A stretch of 42,183 bases of DNA from Fidelibacterota bacterium. GTDB taxonomy: Bacteria > Fidelibacterota > Marinisomatia > Marinisomatales > JABMOV01. Positions 1-10,026 of the stretch are shown in pieces. The translations under genes and the position numbers were made by a program. The first letter of the stretch is position 1. The number at the start of each line of letters is the position of its first letter. The notes beneath the pieces are model-generated. The model saw only the letters and a list, made by a program, of their open reading frames with translations. It was not told the origin of the DNA and did no database searches. The stretch spans positions 1 through 42,183 of the forward strand of contig JBHHUC010000013.1 of NCBI GenBank assembly GCA_046861395.1. The letters are read 5' to 3'.

Positions 1-398
1 CCACCACTGAGTATCGAAATGATGGCGATGAAAGCCCCGGCCAGGTAAATATACCAGCTGGCCAGGTTCAAGCGCGGGAAGGCCACGTCCTTGGCCCCGA
101 TCATGAGGGGCAGAATGATATTGCCCAGGGCGGCGGGAATGGCCGGAATAATGAAGAGAAAAACCATGATCGCGCCATGAAGCGTGAATATGCGATTATA
201 GATTTTCGCGGTCAGGAAATCAGCGCCCGGACCAAACAATTCGGCCCGCATAATGAGTGCCAGCAAACCGCCGAACAGGAAAAAGAAAAGAATGGCACCA
301 AGATACATGACACCAATGCGTTTATGGTCTACGGTCGTGAGCCAGCTTTTCCAGCCCCGGGGGTCATTCAAATAATTTTTTTCGGGTAACCTATTCAT
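1..398 (-). CDS. ctaD: Cytochrome c oxidase subunit I, A-family heme-copper oxidase (5' part only; runs off the window edge)
   Basis: Not in the ORF track. Read by hand from ATG at 398: MNRLPEKNYLNDPRGWKSWLTTVDHKRIGVMYL...FTLHGAIMVFLFIIP...LPLMIGAKDVAFPRLNLASW. DHKxIG, the heme-ligand HG and the D-channel DxAFPRxN motif are present. Open to base 1. Confidence 0.97.
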   Translation of the reverse strand, partial: MNRLPEKNYLNDPRGWKSWLTTVDHKRIGVMYLGAILFFFLFGGLLALIMRAELFGPGADFLTAKIYNRIFTLHGAIMVFLFIIPAIPAALGNIILPLMIGAKDVAFPRLNLASWYIYLAGAFIAIISILSG

Positions 399-407
399 AG
401 ACTGATC

Positions 408-1352
408 TTATTTAAGGGTTTTGATAAAGGAAATAATTGCATCCAGTTCACGTTCGGATAAGAGTCCCTGGTAGGTTGGCATGACGGGGGCGTAAGTATC
501 TACTACTTCCGTCTGGGGCTCAAGCAGTGACCGACGTAAATAGTTTTCATCGACGGTGACTTCCCGGCCGTCGGTCAGCGTAACCGAATGTCCGAAGATG
601 CCCTTCAGGCTGGGGCCGACCAACCGGTTTCCATCCAGTGTATGACAGGTGAAACAGGCCTTGTCCTGAAAAACCTTTTGTCCCAGTTCCTCCAGTGACA
701 TTCCTTCTCCGCTATCAGCGCCCTTGGCCAGCCAGGCCGCATACTCATCCTTGGATAGGACCGTTACCGTACCGATCATCTCCGAATGACCGGTGCCACA
801 GAATTCAGTGCAGAATAACTGAAATTTTCCCGGTTTCACCGCTTCAAACCAGGTAACACTGTAACGGTTGGGTACGACGTCCATTTTTACCCTGAAATTG
901 GGAACATAGAAACTATGAATGACATCTTCCGAGGACATGACTAGTTTGACTGGTTGATTCACCGGAACAATCAATTCGTTCACACTGTTACGACCGTCGG
1001 GGTAATCGAATACCCACAACCATTTTTTGCCCGTCACCTTTACTTCTATGGCGTTACGCGGTACGACACTCAGGGTCAGGTAGGTCTTGAATCCCCAGAT
1101 AAAGACAATAATCACCAGAATGGTGGGAATGATGGTCCAGATCATTTCCAAGGTCGTGTTATGCGTAATGCCCGGAGTCAATCCGGTATCAGACTTCCGT
1201 GCCCGGTATTTAATGCCGAAATACAGCAGACCTGCCAGCACAATGGCAAAGATGATAGCCGATCCGATCAGGATAAAGTAAAACAGTGTGTCTACCTGCG
1301 GTGCAACTGTCGACCCTTGTTCTGGTAGAAAAAAAGTCCCCGAATTTTCCAT
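408..1352 (-). CDS. ctaC: Cytochrome c oxidase subunit II with fused C-terminal cytochrome c (caa3 type)
   Basis: Two N-terminal TM helices, DVIHSF, CuA motif CTEFCGTGHSEM, then heme c motif CFTCH and distal Met (VMP). Confidence 0.96.
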   Translation of the reverse strand: MENSGTFFLPEQGSTVAPQVDTLFYFILIGSAIIFAIVLAGLLYFGIKYRARKSDTGLTPGITHNTTLEMIWTIIPTILVIIVFIWGFKTYLTLSVVPRNAIEVKVTGKKWLWVFDYPDGRNSVNELIVPVNQPVKLVMSSEDVIHSFYVPNFRVKMDVVPNRYSVTWFEAVKPGKFQLFCTEFCGTGHSEMIGTVTVLSKDEYAAWLAKGADSGEGMSLEELGQKVFQDKACFTCHTLDGNRLVGPSLKGIFGHSVTLTDGREVTVDENYLRRSLLEPQTEVVDTYAPVMPTYQGLLSERELDAIISFIKTLK

Positions 1353-2170
1353 TAATGTTTTTCCTGTTTAACCAAAGTTTCCGCGGTTTTTCGTTTTTCC
1401 ATCGTCCACATGATTGAGAAAAAAATTACCATGAAGATCACGGTTAATACGCCTCCCAAACGCATAACGTTTGTGGCAAACAATACATACGATCCGGCTT
1501 CCGGATCATAGTGATAGCAATAAAGGAGAATTCGATCGATGGTCGTTCCAATTCGCCCTTTACTGGCTTCCAGTAAACCAAGCCGTAAATCATTGCCGGA
1601 ATAATTCAACCCATATAAATAGCGGGAAATTACTCCGTCCGGAGTCAGGATGAATACTGCCGCAGGATGGGCAAATTCATCTGAATTCCGATCATAATAA
1701 TACTGAAATCCGACTGCTTCTGCCAAACGTTTAATATCAATAGAATCACCAACTAAAAAGGACCAATTCATCTGTTTATATTCTTTTGTATACACCGCTT
1801 CCTTGGTGGCGGCCAGATCAGCGGTTTCACCGGGATCAATGCTTATGGTAATCAATTTATAATCGGTGCCGGATTGGAAGGGAATGCCGGTCAAACCGGC
1901 GCCCAGTCCGTTCAGAACAAAGGTACACAGCATGGGGCATTCATAGTAGGCCAGAGTCAGGATGACGGGTGTATCGGGAATAAACAGGGACCTCAGCAGA
2001 ACCGTATCGCCGTGGGAGGTGATAAACGGCAGGTCCAGGGGAATTGTATCACCCAGATGCTCGACAATATCTATTTTATTGAGCTGCGGGTCGTTGTCCG
2101 TCAGGGCCTGAGCCGAAAGCAGGGAAAGTAAAACTAGGACAAGAAGTCGGAGCACCAGGTATTGCCGCAA
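1352..2170 (-). CDS. SCO1/SenC family copper chaperone
   Basis: Signal peptide, YYECPMLC (CxxxC), conserved His in FAHPAA, C-terminal TM helix; lies between act genes and coxB. TTG start uncertain. Confidence 0.9.
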   Translation of the reverse strand: MRQYLVLRLLVLVLLSLLSAQALTDNDPQLNKIDIVEHLGDTIPLDLPFITSHGDTVLLRSLFIPDTPVILTLAYYECPMLCTFVLNGLGAGLTGIPFQSGTDYKLITISIDPGETADLAATKEAVYTKEYKQMNWSFLVGDSIDIKRLAEAVGFQYYYDRNSDEFAHPAAVFILTPDGVISRYLYGLNYSGNDLRLGLLEASKGRIGTTIDRILLYCYHYDPEAGSYVLFATNVMRLGGVLTVIFMVIFFSIMWTMEKRKTAETLVKQEKH

Positions 2171-2171
2171 T

Positions 2172-2462
2172 CTACCTGGTGTTTTGGGCCGTCAGAGCCA
2201 TGGCCCGGTCGATGGGAATACGATAAATGCCTTTTTCGGCATCGATGAGTTCGTAACTGTTTAACATCTGTTCTTCTTTTGCGTCCAGAGCGATACGCTT
2301 TTCAGAAACGGGAACATTGACGGAATAAATTGCTGCTTCCGTTGCTTTCGTATAATAGCTGTCAACGAATACCAGTGTAATTCCCAGGACAATCAGGAAA
2401 CCCAGTAACAAGCATCCGATGAAGCGGACATTGATTTCGTGTTTATCGTAACCGGCCGTCAT
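2172..2462 (-). CDS. Small single-TM protein, probable alternative complex III subunit ActG
   Basis: One TM helix, C-terminal RIPIDRAM motif, located between actF and sco with overlapping start/stop. Confidence 0.65.
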   Translation of the reverse strand: MTAGYDKHEINVRFIGCLLLGFLIVLGITLVFVDSYYTKATEAAIYSVNVPVSEKRIALDAKEEQMLNSYELIDAEKGIYRIPIDRAMALTAQNTR

Positions 2463-3652
2463 TATTGGTTCACGAATTTCATGGACTTGGTTAAATACCT
2501 ATCCTTGATTGGAAGGACGGCATGAGCCGTAAAGTTCCGCCAGAACACATACAGGAAGATTCCGCCGATGCCCAGCCAGGATGTGATATCCATCCAGGAA
2601 GGGGACACGCCATCACGAAAATGTTCCGGCATGATCAGCCAATAAAGATCCACGTAATGCATCACAAAGATCAATCCCGCCATTACACCCAACCGTCGCA
2701 GATTCCGTTTTGAAGCGCGGAATAATAATATCAGGAAGGGAATTGCGAAATGACCTGCCATCAGGAACAGACTGACATATTTCCAGGATCCTTCCCAGCG
2801 ATGGATAAACCAGACGGTTTCTTCCGGAATATTTCCGTACCAGATCAGAAAATATTGCGCACCGGCGATGTAGGTCCAGAAAACGGTAAATGCAAATAGG
2901 AATTTCCCCAAATCATGATAATGTTCAATGGTGACTTCCTCCGTCATGATGCCATGGTGGTTCAGGGCCAGCAGCAGGAGGATAAAAGCCGCGAAGATGG
3001 TAACGAATGCACCGGCAAAGATGTACACCCCAAAAATGGTTGAATACCAATGGGGATCCAGGCTCATGACCCAGTCAAAGGCTGAAAAAGTCAATGTAAT
3101 GGCAAAGAGGAACATCCCGGGGGCGGCAATGGGACGCAGATGACGATAAAGGGTCGTTTCCTCACCGTCGTCCTGTGCCAGGGATTTTCGGTACATAATC
3201 CGTGTCAGGAAAAACCAGACCGTAAAATAAAAGGCGGCCCGAATAATAAAGAAAGTTGTATTTAAATAAGCCGATTTCCGCAGTAGGATGGCGTCCGACA
3301 TGACAACCTCTTTGTGGGTCCAGTGATAAAGCTCATGCATTCCGAACAGGATGGGCAGGAAAAAAATCACCAGCCAGGGCAAAACAATCATGATGGTTTC
3401 CGCCACCCGGCGAATGACGACACTCCATATCGAATGAGCTAAGTAATGGACCAGAATGAAAAATAAAGCCCCCAATCCGATGGTAGTCCAGAAAATAAAA
3501 GCCACCAGCCAGGAATAGAAAAACTGACCGGCATTCATGAAATAACCCAAACCGCTCAGGGCACTGAACATCAGACCACCGATCAGGAAAAGCTGTCCTG
3601 TTTTTTCACCTCCGGTGATGCGTTTTGTCGTGGAATCGTAATGAACACTCAT
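2462..3652 (-). CDS. actF: Alternative complex III subunit ActF (NrfD-like polytopic membrane protein)
   Basis: About 10 TM helices; DWVMSLDPHWYSTIFG, HYHDLGK and QYFLIWYGNIPEE motifs; operon position. Confidence 0.92.
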   Translation of the reverse strand: MSVHYDSTTKRITGGEKTGQLFLIGGLMFSALSGLGYFMNAGQFFYSWLVAFIFWTTIGLGALFFILVHYLAHSIWSVVIRRVAETIMIVLPWLVIFFLPILFGMHELYHWTHKEVVMSDAILLRKSAYLNTTFFIIRAAFYFTVWFFLTRIMYRKSLAQDDGEETTLYRHLRPIAAPGMFLFAITLTFSAFDWVMSLDPHWYSTIFGVYIFAGAFVTIFAAFILLLLALNHHGIMTEEVTIEHYHDLGKFLFAFTVFWTYIAGAQYFLIWYGNIPEETVWFIHRWEGSWKYVSLFLMAGHFAIPFLILLFRASKRNLRRLGVMAGLIFVMHYVDLYWLIMPEHFRDGVSPSWMDITSWLGIGGIFLYVFWRNFTAHAVLPIKDRYLTKSMKFVNQ

Positions 3653-3653
3653 G

Positions 3654-4271
3654 CTATTTCAACTCACTTTGGCGGTCGGCGGGAATATCGGTCAAACTGG
3701 CATTTTGACTGCGTTGCAAGGCCCGGATATAGCCAATGATCGCCCACCGATCAGGGACGGGGATCTGTTCCTTGTAGGATGGCATATTCCGGATTCCGTT
3801 GGATATTGTGTTAAAGAGTTCGCCGTCCGGCATATTGCGGATTCGGTCCTGATGAAAAGTGGGCGGAGGAATGGGATAATTATACTGCATAACGATTCCT
3901 TCTCCGTTTCCGCTTTTGCCATGGCAAGGAGAACAAAAGATATTGAATCGTTCCTGGCCCCGTTTCAGGGTTTCCGCCGTAAATGGTACGGGACTGCGTT
4001 GCACGAAATCACCGGCCACCGTCTTGCCGAAATAATAGGCTTCATCATCCTTGAGATGACCCCGGGGAACGGTTCCTTCCACCGGCGGCCGCATGGCGGA
4101 CCCATCGTTGAACAGTGAACTGTTGCGGTAGGGCTTATATTTTTCCTGGGTATCCATGTTGGGATTTAAATGAATTGGCGACTTTTCCTTGGGTAATCCG
4201 CGAAAACATCCCTGGCTGAATGCGACCAGGACCAGGAGTATGATCAGACGTGTTTTATTCCCCATCATCAC
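3654..4271 (-). CDS. actE: Alternative complex III subunit ActE (monoheme cytochrome c lipoprotein)
   Basis: Lipobox-like FSQG-C, NMDTQ, PVEGTVPRG, single CSPCH, NMPSY. Confidence 0.92.
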   Translation of the reverse strand: MMMGNKTRLIILLVLVAFSQGCFRGLPKEKSPIHLNPNMDTQEKYKPYRNSSLFNDGSAMRPPVEGTVPRGHLKDDEAYYFGKTVAGDFVQRSPVPFTAETLKRGQERFNIFCSPCHGKSGNGEGIVMQYNYPIPPPTFHQDRIRNMPDGELFNTISNGIRNMPSYKEQIPVPDRWAIIGYIRALQRSQNASLTDIPADRQSELK

Positions 4272-4791
4272 CCTCCACTAATTCAACCTGAGCACTGCCA
4301 ATGTCGTGTAAAAAATCTTTGGTTCCTTTTTGCGAAAACTGTGGGTCATCGGCACCGATACTGATAAAAAATCCATCCCGTGTTACTTTCTTAAATGTAT
4401 CGGAATAAAACAGGGGATGATGGAAACGTGGAAGTTTATTCAGAGCCAGCATACCAACTACGGCCGAAATGGCGCCGAACAGTACAAATAACGCGAAGAT
4501 GATAATGATATAAGCCTGCCAGGCGAACAATGGTTTACCACTGATAGTCAAAGGATAGGCATAGGAGTGAACCCAACCCTGAAGCGTTAGTCCCGTAAGA
4601 CCGCCAAGAATGGCAAAGATGGCGACAATGAATCCCAGTTTGGATCGCTTCAGTCCCATTGCTTCATCCATTCCATGTATGGGAAAGGGTGAATGGCAAT
4701 CGAAGGAACGATAACCGGCATCACGGACTTTTCGGGCGGCTTCGAGCAAATCATGGGGATTCTTAAATTCTGCCAGAATACCGTGAATCAT
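4255..4791 (-). CDS. actD: Alternative complex III subunit ActD (DUF3341)
   Basis: [20 protein letters not shown], two TM helices, YPLTISGKP. Confidence 0.92.
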   Translation of the reverse strand: MIHGILAEFKNPHDLLEAARKVRDAGYRSFDCHSPFPIHGMDEAMGLKRSKLGFIVAIFAILGGLTGLTLQGWVHSYAYPLTISGKPLFAWQAYIIIIFALFVLFGAISAVVGMLALNKLPRFHHPLFYSDTFKKVTRDGFFISIGADDPQFSQKGTKDFLHDIGSAQVELVEGDDGE

Positions 4792-6191
4792 GCGTCAGCC
4801 TCCCCGTGCTGATAACCTTCATAATGAGGGTCGGACTCCGGTAATGCTGTCTTGACTTCCGCCATGGCAACCATCGGTAGGAACCGCAGGAACAGCAGGA
4901 AAAAGGTAAAGAAGAGGCCGAAGGATCCGACGAATGTCAAAATATCAAAAATTGTGGGAGAATAATAGGCCCAAGCGCCAGGGAGAAAATCCCGTGACAG
5001 GGAGATTACGGTGATAACAAACCGTTCAAACCACATTCCCACATTGACCAGAATGGAGGCTACAAAAAGGAATTTAGTATTGTACCGTAATCGTTTGGAC
5101 CAGAAAAACTGGGGCAGAATGACATTGCAGAATATCATTATCCAGTAACCCCAGGCGTAATTCCCAAAGGCCCGGTTGATGAAAGTAAAACCCTCGTATA
5201 AGTTTCCGCTATACCAGGCAATAAAGAATTCCATGCCATAGGCATATCCGACCATGGAAGATGTCACCAGCATGATTTTCGCCATTTTATCAAGATGCTG
5301 GGCGGTAATGATGTGATGTAAACCGTAAAACCGGCGAGCCACGATAACCAACGTCATGACCATGCCGAAACCGGAGTAAATGGCCCCTGCCACGAAATAG
5401 GGCGGGAAGATCGTCGTATGCCAGCCCGGTAACATGGATGTTGCAAAGTCTGTGCTGACCACACTGTGAACGGATAAGACTAGCGGTGTGGATAATCCGG
5501 CCAAGATCAGGTAGGCCAGTTCATAATGTTGCCATTGACGATTTCCGCCTCGCCAACCCAGGGCAAAGAATCCCAGAACAATTTTCCGGACTTTCGTTTT
5601 GGCCCGATCTCGCAAAGTGGCTAAATCGGGAATGAGCCCAGTATACCAGAATAATAATGAAACGGTAAAATATGTACCAACGGCAAAAAAGTCCCACAGC
5701 AGTGGACTGCGGAAATTCGGCCACAATCCCATTTGATTTGGTATGGGGAAGAAATAGTACAGGAGCCACATTCTACCAACATGAATTCCGGGGAACAGTA
5801 AGGCACAGATGACAGCGAAGATAGTCATGGCTTCGGCAAAGCGGTTAATTGATGTCCGCCATTTTTGTCGGAACAGGAATAGAATGGCCGAAATCAGGGT
5901 ACCGGCATGTCCGATACCGACCCAGAAGACAAAGTTGACAATGGCCCAACCCCAGCCGACCGGATTATTCAGTCCCCAAATGCCGGTTCCTTCCCACAGG
6001 AGCCACCCGATCGATCCCAGGAGAACCATCAAACCGGAAACGGCTGCGATAAATAACAGCCACCATTCTTTCGTGGCCTTGGTTTCAACGATACTACTGA
6101 TGGTGTCCGTCAGCGATCCAAAGGTTTGATTCCCTGTAAGAAGAGGGGCGTCTTCCGGATGTGTAATGTATGTTTTTACTGCTTCACTCAC
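4788..6191 (-). CDS. actC: Alternative complex III subunit ActC (NrfD/PsrC quinol-oxidising subunit)
   Basis: [57 protein letters not shown]. Confidence 0.96.
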   Translation of the reverse strand: MSEAVKTYITHPEDAPLLTGNQTFGSLTDTISSIVETKATKEWWLLFIAAVSGLMVLLGSIGWLLWEGTGIWGLNNPVGWGWAIVNFVFWVGIGHAGTLISAILFLFRQKWRTSINRFAEAMTIFAVICALLFPGIHVGRMWLLYYFFPIPNQMGLWPNFRSPLLWDFFAVGTYFTVSLLFWYTGLIPDLATLRDRAKTKVRKIVLGFFALGWRGGNRQWQHYELAYLILAGLSTPLVLSVHSVVSTDFATSMLPGWHTTIFPPYFVAGAIYSGFGMVMTLVIVARRFYGLHHIITAQHLDKMAKIMLVTSSMVGYAYGMEFFIAWYSGNLYEGFTFINRAFGNYAWGYWIMIFCNVILPQFFWSKRLRYNTKFLFVASILVNVGMWFERFVITVISLSRDFLPGAWAYYSPTIFDILTFVGSFGLFFTFFLLFLRFLPMVAMAEVKTALPESDPHYEGYQHGEADA

Positions 6192-6200
6192 AGGTCAACT

Positions 6201-9179
6201 CTATGAAAGTTCCGGGTTTGGGTTCCGCAGTTTGGCCTGGTAGGTAACCCGCGGTTTTGTATTTAGTTCACCTAGCAGCGCATAGTCGCGATTTTGTTTT
6301 TTTATCAGTGAAACTCGCGCATTGGGATCAGTAATATCACCAAAAACAATGGCATCGGTAGGACAGGTCTGCTGACAGGCGGAAACGACATCCCCGTCAC
6401 GAATGGCCCGATCATCCTTTTTCGCATTGATTTTGGCCTGATTGACACGCTGGATACAGAATGTACATTTTTCCATGACTCCCCGGAAGCGGACGGTAAC
6501 GTCAGGGTTCATGGCCATTTGTACTATCTCAGGTAATTCTTTGGTATAATTGTGAAAATTGAAATGACGTACTTTATAAGGACAGTTATTGGAGCAGTAC
6601 CGGGTTCCGACACAGCGGTTATAGGTCATGCCGTTTATGCCGTCATCGGTATGAGTCGTGGCCCCTACCGGACAGACCTGCTCACAAGGTGCCAGTTCAC
6701 ATTGCTGACAGCCCACGGGTTGAACTACCGACTGGGGATTTTCAACATCACCGGTAAAGTAACGATCAATGCGGATCCAATGCATTTCACGACCCCGGCG
6801 GACTTCATCGGCCCCTACAATGGGAATATTATTTTCACTCTGACAGGCGATCGTACAGGCATTGCATCCGGTACAGACGTTTAGGTCGATAGACATGCCC
6901 CATTGTGGGCTTTCCGTATATTGTTTTTCTTCCCAGAGGGATACCAGCGGGGGATGTTCCACCGCCTCTTCGGCAAATTCAGGATGTTTTCGGTACTCTT
7001 CCAGCGTTGCTTCACGGATGATCATGGGTAGCCGGTCCTGAACGCCGCGGTCAGCCAGCGCGTCACCATTCATGCCATTATGTTCCTGGATTCCCGCCAG
7101 TTTTGTGCGTCGCCCGGTGTTCGTCATAACGCCACCCAGACCCGACCAGGCACGTTTCCGAATCCGCCAGCGATAGGCGTTTACACCCACATTATCTCCG
7201 ATCCTGCCACAGTGCGTCCGGCCGTAACCCAATTCAATCGTGACGGAAAAGTCCGCCTGACCGGGCGTGATCCAGACCGGAATATCCATGGTGACACCAT
7301 TCCAGCGTAAAGCGGCTAGCGATTCATTTTCCAGCCCCAGCGCTTCCGCCGTTTTGGGACTCATGAGGGCTGCATTACTCCAGGTCAGTTTGGTAATGGG
7401 ATCAGGTAATTCCTGTAACCAACCGTTGTTAGCAAAACGTCCGTCGTACACGGAGGGGGAAACCTGCAAAGTGATTTCCAGATTGGTTGCCGTCGCCGTT
7501 CGCATGGCAAAGGAATTCTTTTTTATTCCCTTCTCAATCAGTTTAGCGACCGGTTTGACGCGAAGACGGGTGCTGTTTGATTGATAAATCCCATCATGTA
7601 AAACTTTGCGCCATTTCTTCTCAAAATTGCCAGCAGATATGAATTGACGAAATGTGTCACGAACCAGATCATAACCTTTTGCCGGTTCGTTTCCGGCCAA
7701 GTCATTCACAAACTCAAGGGCCGATACCGATTTGTAAAGCGGAGAAATCTGAGGCTGAATAATGCTATATATCCCATCGGACGAAATAGTATCGCCCCAG
7801 CTTTCCATATAGTGGCTTTCGGGAATGTGCCACTGACATAGATTGGCCGTTTCATCGAAATGAGACCCGAGATGCACAGTGTAGTCGGCCTTTTTCAGTG
7901 CTGCCCGAACATGCATGTCAAGAAATCCATCATAGGCAATGTTGCCCCCGATAAAAATAACGGTATCAATATCGCCTTTCAGGATAGTGTCCAGTGTTTC
8001 GGAAACCCGGGCGGAATCAGACAAGTCGGCCTGGGCATACGAATGATATTCTACGGTGGATTCATGATTTTCCAGCGCTTCATTCATGGCACAGACCAAG
8101 GCATGGACATGAGCTGGTTGTCGGCGTCCGGCCATAATGACCCCGGCACCTTTATGGTGTATCAAATCAACAGCAACCGCTTTCAGGAATGATTTGTCAA
8201 AAGAAAATCCGGCTGATTTGATGCCGTTTCGTCCGGGGACCTTTATGCCCAGTTTTTCCAATTCAATGGCCAGGGCGGCAGTAAAGGCGGGAATATGATT
8301 ATTCTGTAATTTATAGCGATGATCGGCCATGGCTCCGGTGAGGGAATAGGAACTTTCGGCCACATAAAGCCGGTTCATGGAATCATGTTCATCCTTGACC
8401 CGGCGACCGTCGGCAAATTCATTGGCATTTCGAATGGCATTTCGCTCTGTTTGCAAGAAATCCGCATCCAGGGACAAAATCACTTGTGCTTTCCTCAAGT
8501 GATAGTCAGGCAGGGCGCCCATCCCGGTGGCCATTTCAATGCCGTTTCTGATCTGTTCATCGTTGACCGGTTCATATGTAGCCCAAACGGCATCGGGCAT
8601 TGCCGCCATGAAAGATTTTTTCAAACGCCGCAGCGTGGGTGAGGCATGTTCCGAGGCAATAACGGCAACATTACCTTTCCCTTTCTGTAAGGCCGTAAGC
8701 CGTTTTTTCCAACTTGCCAGGAAGGTGGAATAATCGGATGGTTTCCCATCCTGGAGCGGTTGTTGCGTGCGATCTGGGTCATATAAGTTGAGAATGGAGG
8801 CTTGGACATAAGCATCTGCTTTTCCCTGGCTGGCAGGGTGTAATGCATTACCGTCTACTTTGGTCGGTCGGCCTTCATGATTTTCAACCAGAACACCAAC
8901 GGGGTTGGATGCAAACTGTATGGCAGAGGCATAATATAACGGTACACCCGGAATAATATCTTCCTGGCCAACGACGTAAGGGATGATTTTTTCCACCGGT
9001 CGGCGGCAGGCGGTTAACCCGGCAAAAGCCATGGATGCGCCCATGAGGGATAGGAATTTCCGCCGTGATAATTCGTTGTCTGTGTCGGGGTGAATCTGCT
9101 CGCTGTCAGAATGTCGGGTCGTTTCAAGTTCCTTCAGGCTGCGCCAGTAATGTTTATCTGTCATTTTGGGATCATTCAT
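6201..9179 (-). CDS. actB: Alternative complex III subunit ActB (molybdopterin-oxidoreductase-like domain plus Fe-S domain; Tat lipoprotein)
   Basis: YWRSL, Tat motif SRRKFL...LTAC, GRPTKVDGN; Fe-S motifs CTGCNACTIAC, CQQCELAPCEQVCP, CVGTRYCSNNCPY, CTFC...CQQTCP. Start moved to ATG 9179, which overlaps the actA stop as ATGA. Confidence 0.95.
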   Translation of the reverse strand: MNDPKMTDKHYWRSLKELETTRHSDSEQIHPDTDNELSRRKFLSLMGASMAFAGLTACRRPVEKIIPYVVGQEDIIPGVPLYYASAIQFASNPVGVLVENHEGRPTKVDGNALHPASQGKADAYVQASILNLYDPDRTQQPLQDGKPSDYSTFLASWKKRLTALQKGKGNVAVIASEHASPTLRRLKKSFMAAMPDAVWATYEPVNDEQIRNGIEMATGMGALPDYHLRKAQVILSLDADFLQTERNAIRNANEFADGRRVKDEHDSMNRLYVAESSYSLTGAMADHRYKLQNNHIPAFTAALAIELEKLGIKVPGRNGIKSAGFSFDKSFLKAVAVDLIHHKGAGVIMAGRRQPAHVHALVCAMNEALENHESTVEYHSYAQADLSDSARVSETLDTILKGDIDTVIFIGGNIAYDGFLDMHVRAALKKADYTVHLGSHFDETANLCQWHIPESHYMESWGDTISSDGIYSIIQPQISPLYKSVSALEFVNDLAGNEPAKGYDLVRDTFRQFISAGNFEKKWRKVLHDGIYQSNSTRLRVKPVAKLIEKGIKKNSFAMRTATATNLEITLQVSPSVYDGRFANNGWLQELPDPITKLTWSNAALMSPKTAEALGLENESLAALRWNGVTMDIPVWITPGQADFSVTIELGYGRTHCGRIGDNVGVNAYRWRIRKRAWSGLGGVMTNTGRRTKLAGIQEHNGMNGDALADRGVQDRLPMIIREATLEEYRKHPEFAEEAVEHPPLVSLWEEKQYTESPQWGMSIDLNVCTGCNACTIACQSENNIPIVGADEVRRGREMHWIRIDRYFTGDVENPQSVVQPVGCQQCELAPCEQVCPVGATTHTDDGINGMTYNRCVGTRYCSNNCPYKVRHFNFHNYTKELPEIVQMAMNPDVTVRFRGVMEKCTFCIQRVNQAKINAKKDDRAIRDGDVVSACQQTCPTDAIVFGDITDPNARVSLIKKQNRDYALLGELNTKPRVTYQAKLRNPNPELS

Positions 9180-9823
9180 CGGTGGCACCCGGAGCAATCG
9201 GTGGGAGGGTTGATATTATGTTCAGAAATCATGGCTGTAGCCAGCTCCAGTTGATTGAGGCCGGGCACCCAGTTCATATTGGTCACATCACTATCAGGCC
9301 GAAGGTGGGGCGCCGGATTCCGGTGGCAATCCAAACACCATTTCATGCTGAGGGGCTGAACCTGGGTCACCACATCCATCTGGTCAATTCGCCCATGGCA
9401 GCTGGCACAACCCACATTGGCATTTATATGAATACTGTGATCGAAATAGGCGTAATCGGGTGTTTTGTGAACCCGCACCCATTGGATCGGAGTATTTGTA
9501 TCCCAGGATTTCTGGATGGGAATGATTTTTTCACTGTCGGGTTTAATAACGCGGTGACAGTTGAGACAGGTCTGCGTCGGTGGAACTCCAGCCGTATGGG
9601 TTACTTCCACACCGGTATGGCAATAGCGACAATCCATACCCAGATCCCCGGCATGCAGTTTATGACTGTACGGAATGGGCTGCACCGGACGATATCCCAC
9701 ATCCGTATAGTAGGGGCTGCCGTAGTACCAGAAAAAGCCTACGGTTCCCACCAATAAAAAAAGTACCGCGATTACGATGTAAAGCGGTAACTGATTGGTC
9801 CACTTTGGAAAGATTTGTGCCAT
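9176..9823 (-). CDS. actA: Alternative complex III subunit ActA (membrane-anchored pentaheme cytochrome c)
   Basis: MAQIF start, one TM helix, five CxxCH motifs: CRYCH, CLNCH, CASCH, CLDCH, CSGCH. Confidence 0.95.
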   Translation of the reverse strand: MAQIFPKWTNQLPLYIVIAVLFLLVGTVGFFWYYGSPYYTDVGYRPVQPIPYSHKLHAGDLGMDCRYCHTGVEVTHTAGVPPTQTCLNCHRVIKPDSEKIIPIQKSWDTNTPIQWVRVHKTPDYAYFDHSIHINANVGCASCHGRIDQMDVVTQVQPLSMKWCLDCHRNPAPHLRPDSDVTNMNWVPGLNQLELATAMISEHNINPPTDCSGCHR

Positions 9824-10026
9824 AAATTAATAAACTGAAATCAATGAATCCTGCCGTTAGTCCCCCGTTTTGCGTTCAAATTTGAGACCCAACTTTAAAG
9901 CTGTGTGAAATAGTGAGTCAAGCAATCTTGCATACCAAAATACAGCATAAATGAATTTTCTTGAATTCAGCTGATGGCCAAACTTGTGATGACTTCTACT
10001 TTGGGATTGCTTATTTTTCATAAATC

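Noticed and set aside
177..389. 70-aa plus-strand ORF in the track
   Set aside because: Antisense shadow of coxA, which is clearly encoded on the minus strand
9065..9757. 230-aa plus-strand ORF, and similar long ORFs at 17045-17881, 21703-22443 and 38020-38652
   Set aside because: Antisense to well-supported genes and without recognisable motifs
9824..10026. Possible FNR/CRP/Rex sites (TGTGAAAT, TTGTGATG) in the act/DASS spacer
   Set aside because: Only half-sites; no correctly spaced palindromic partner
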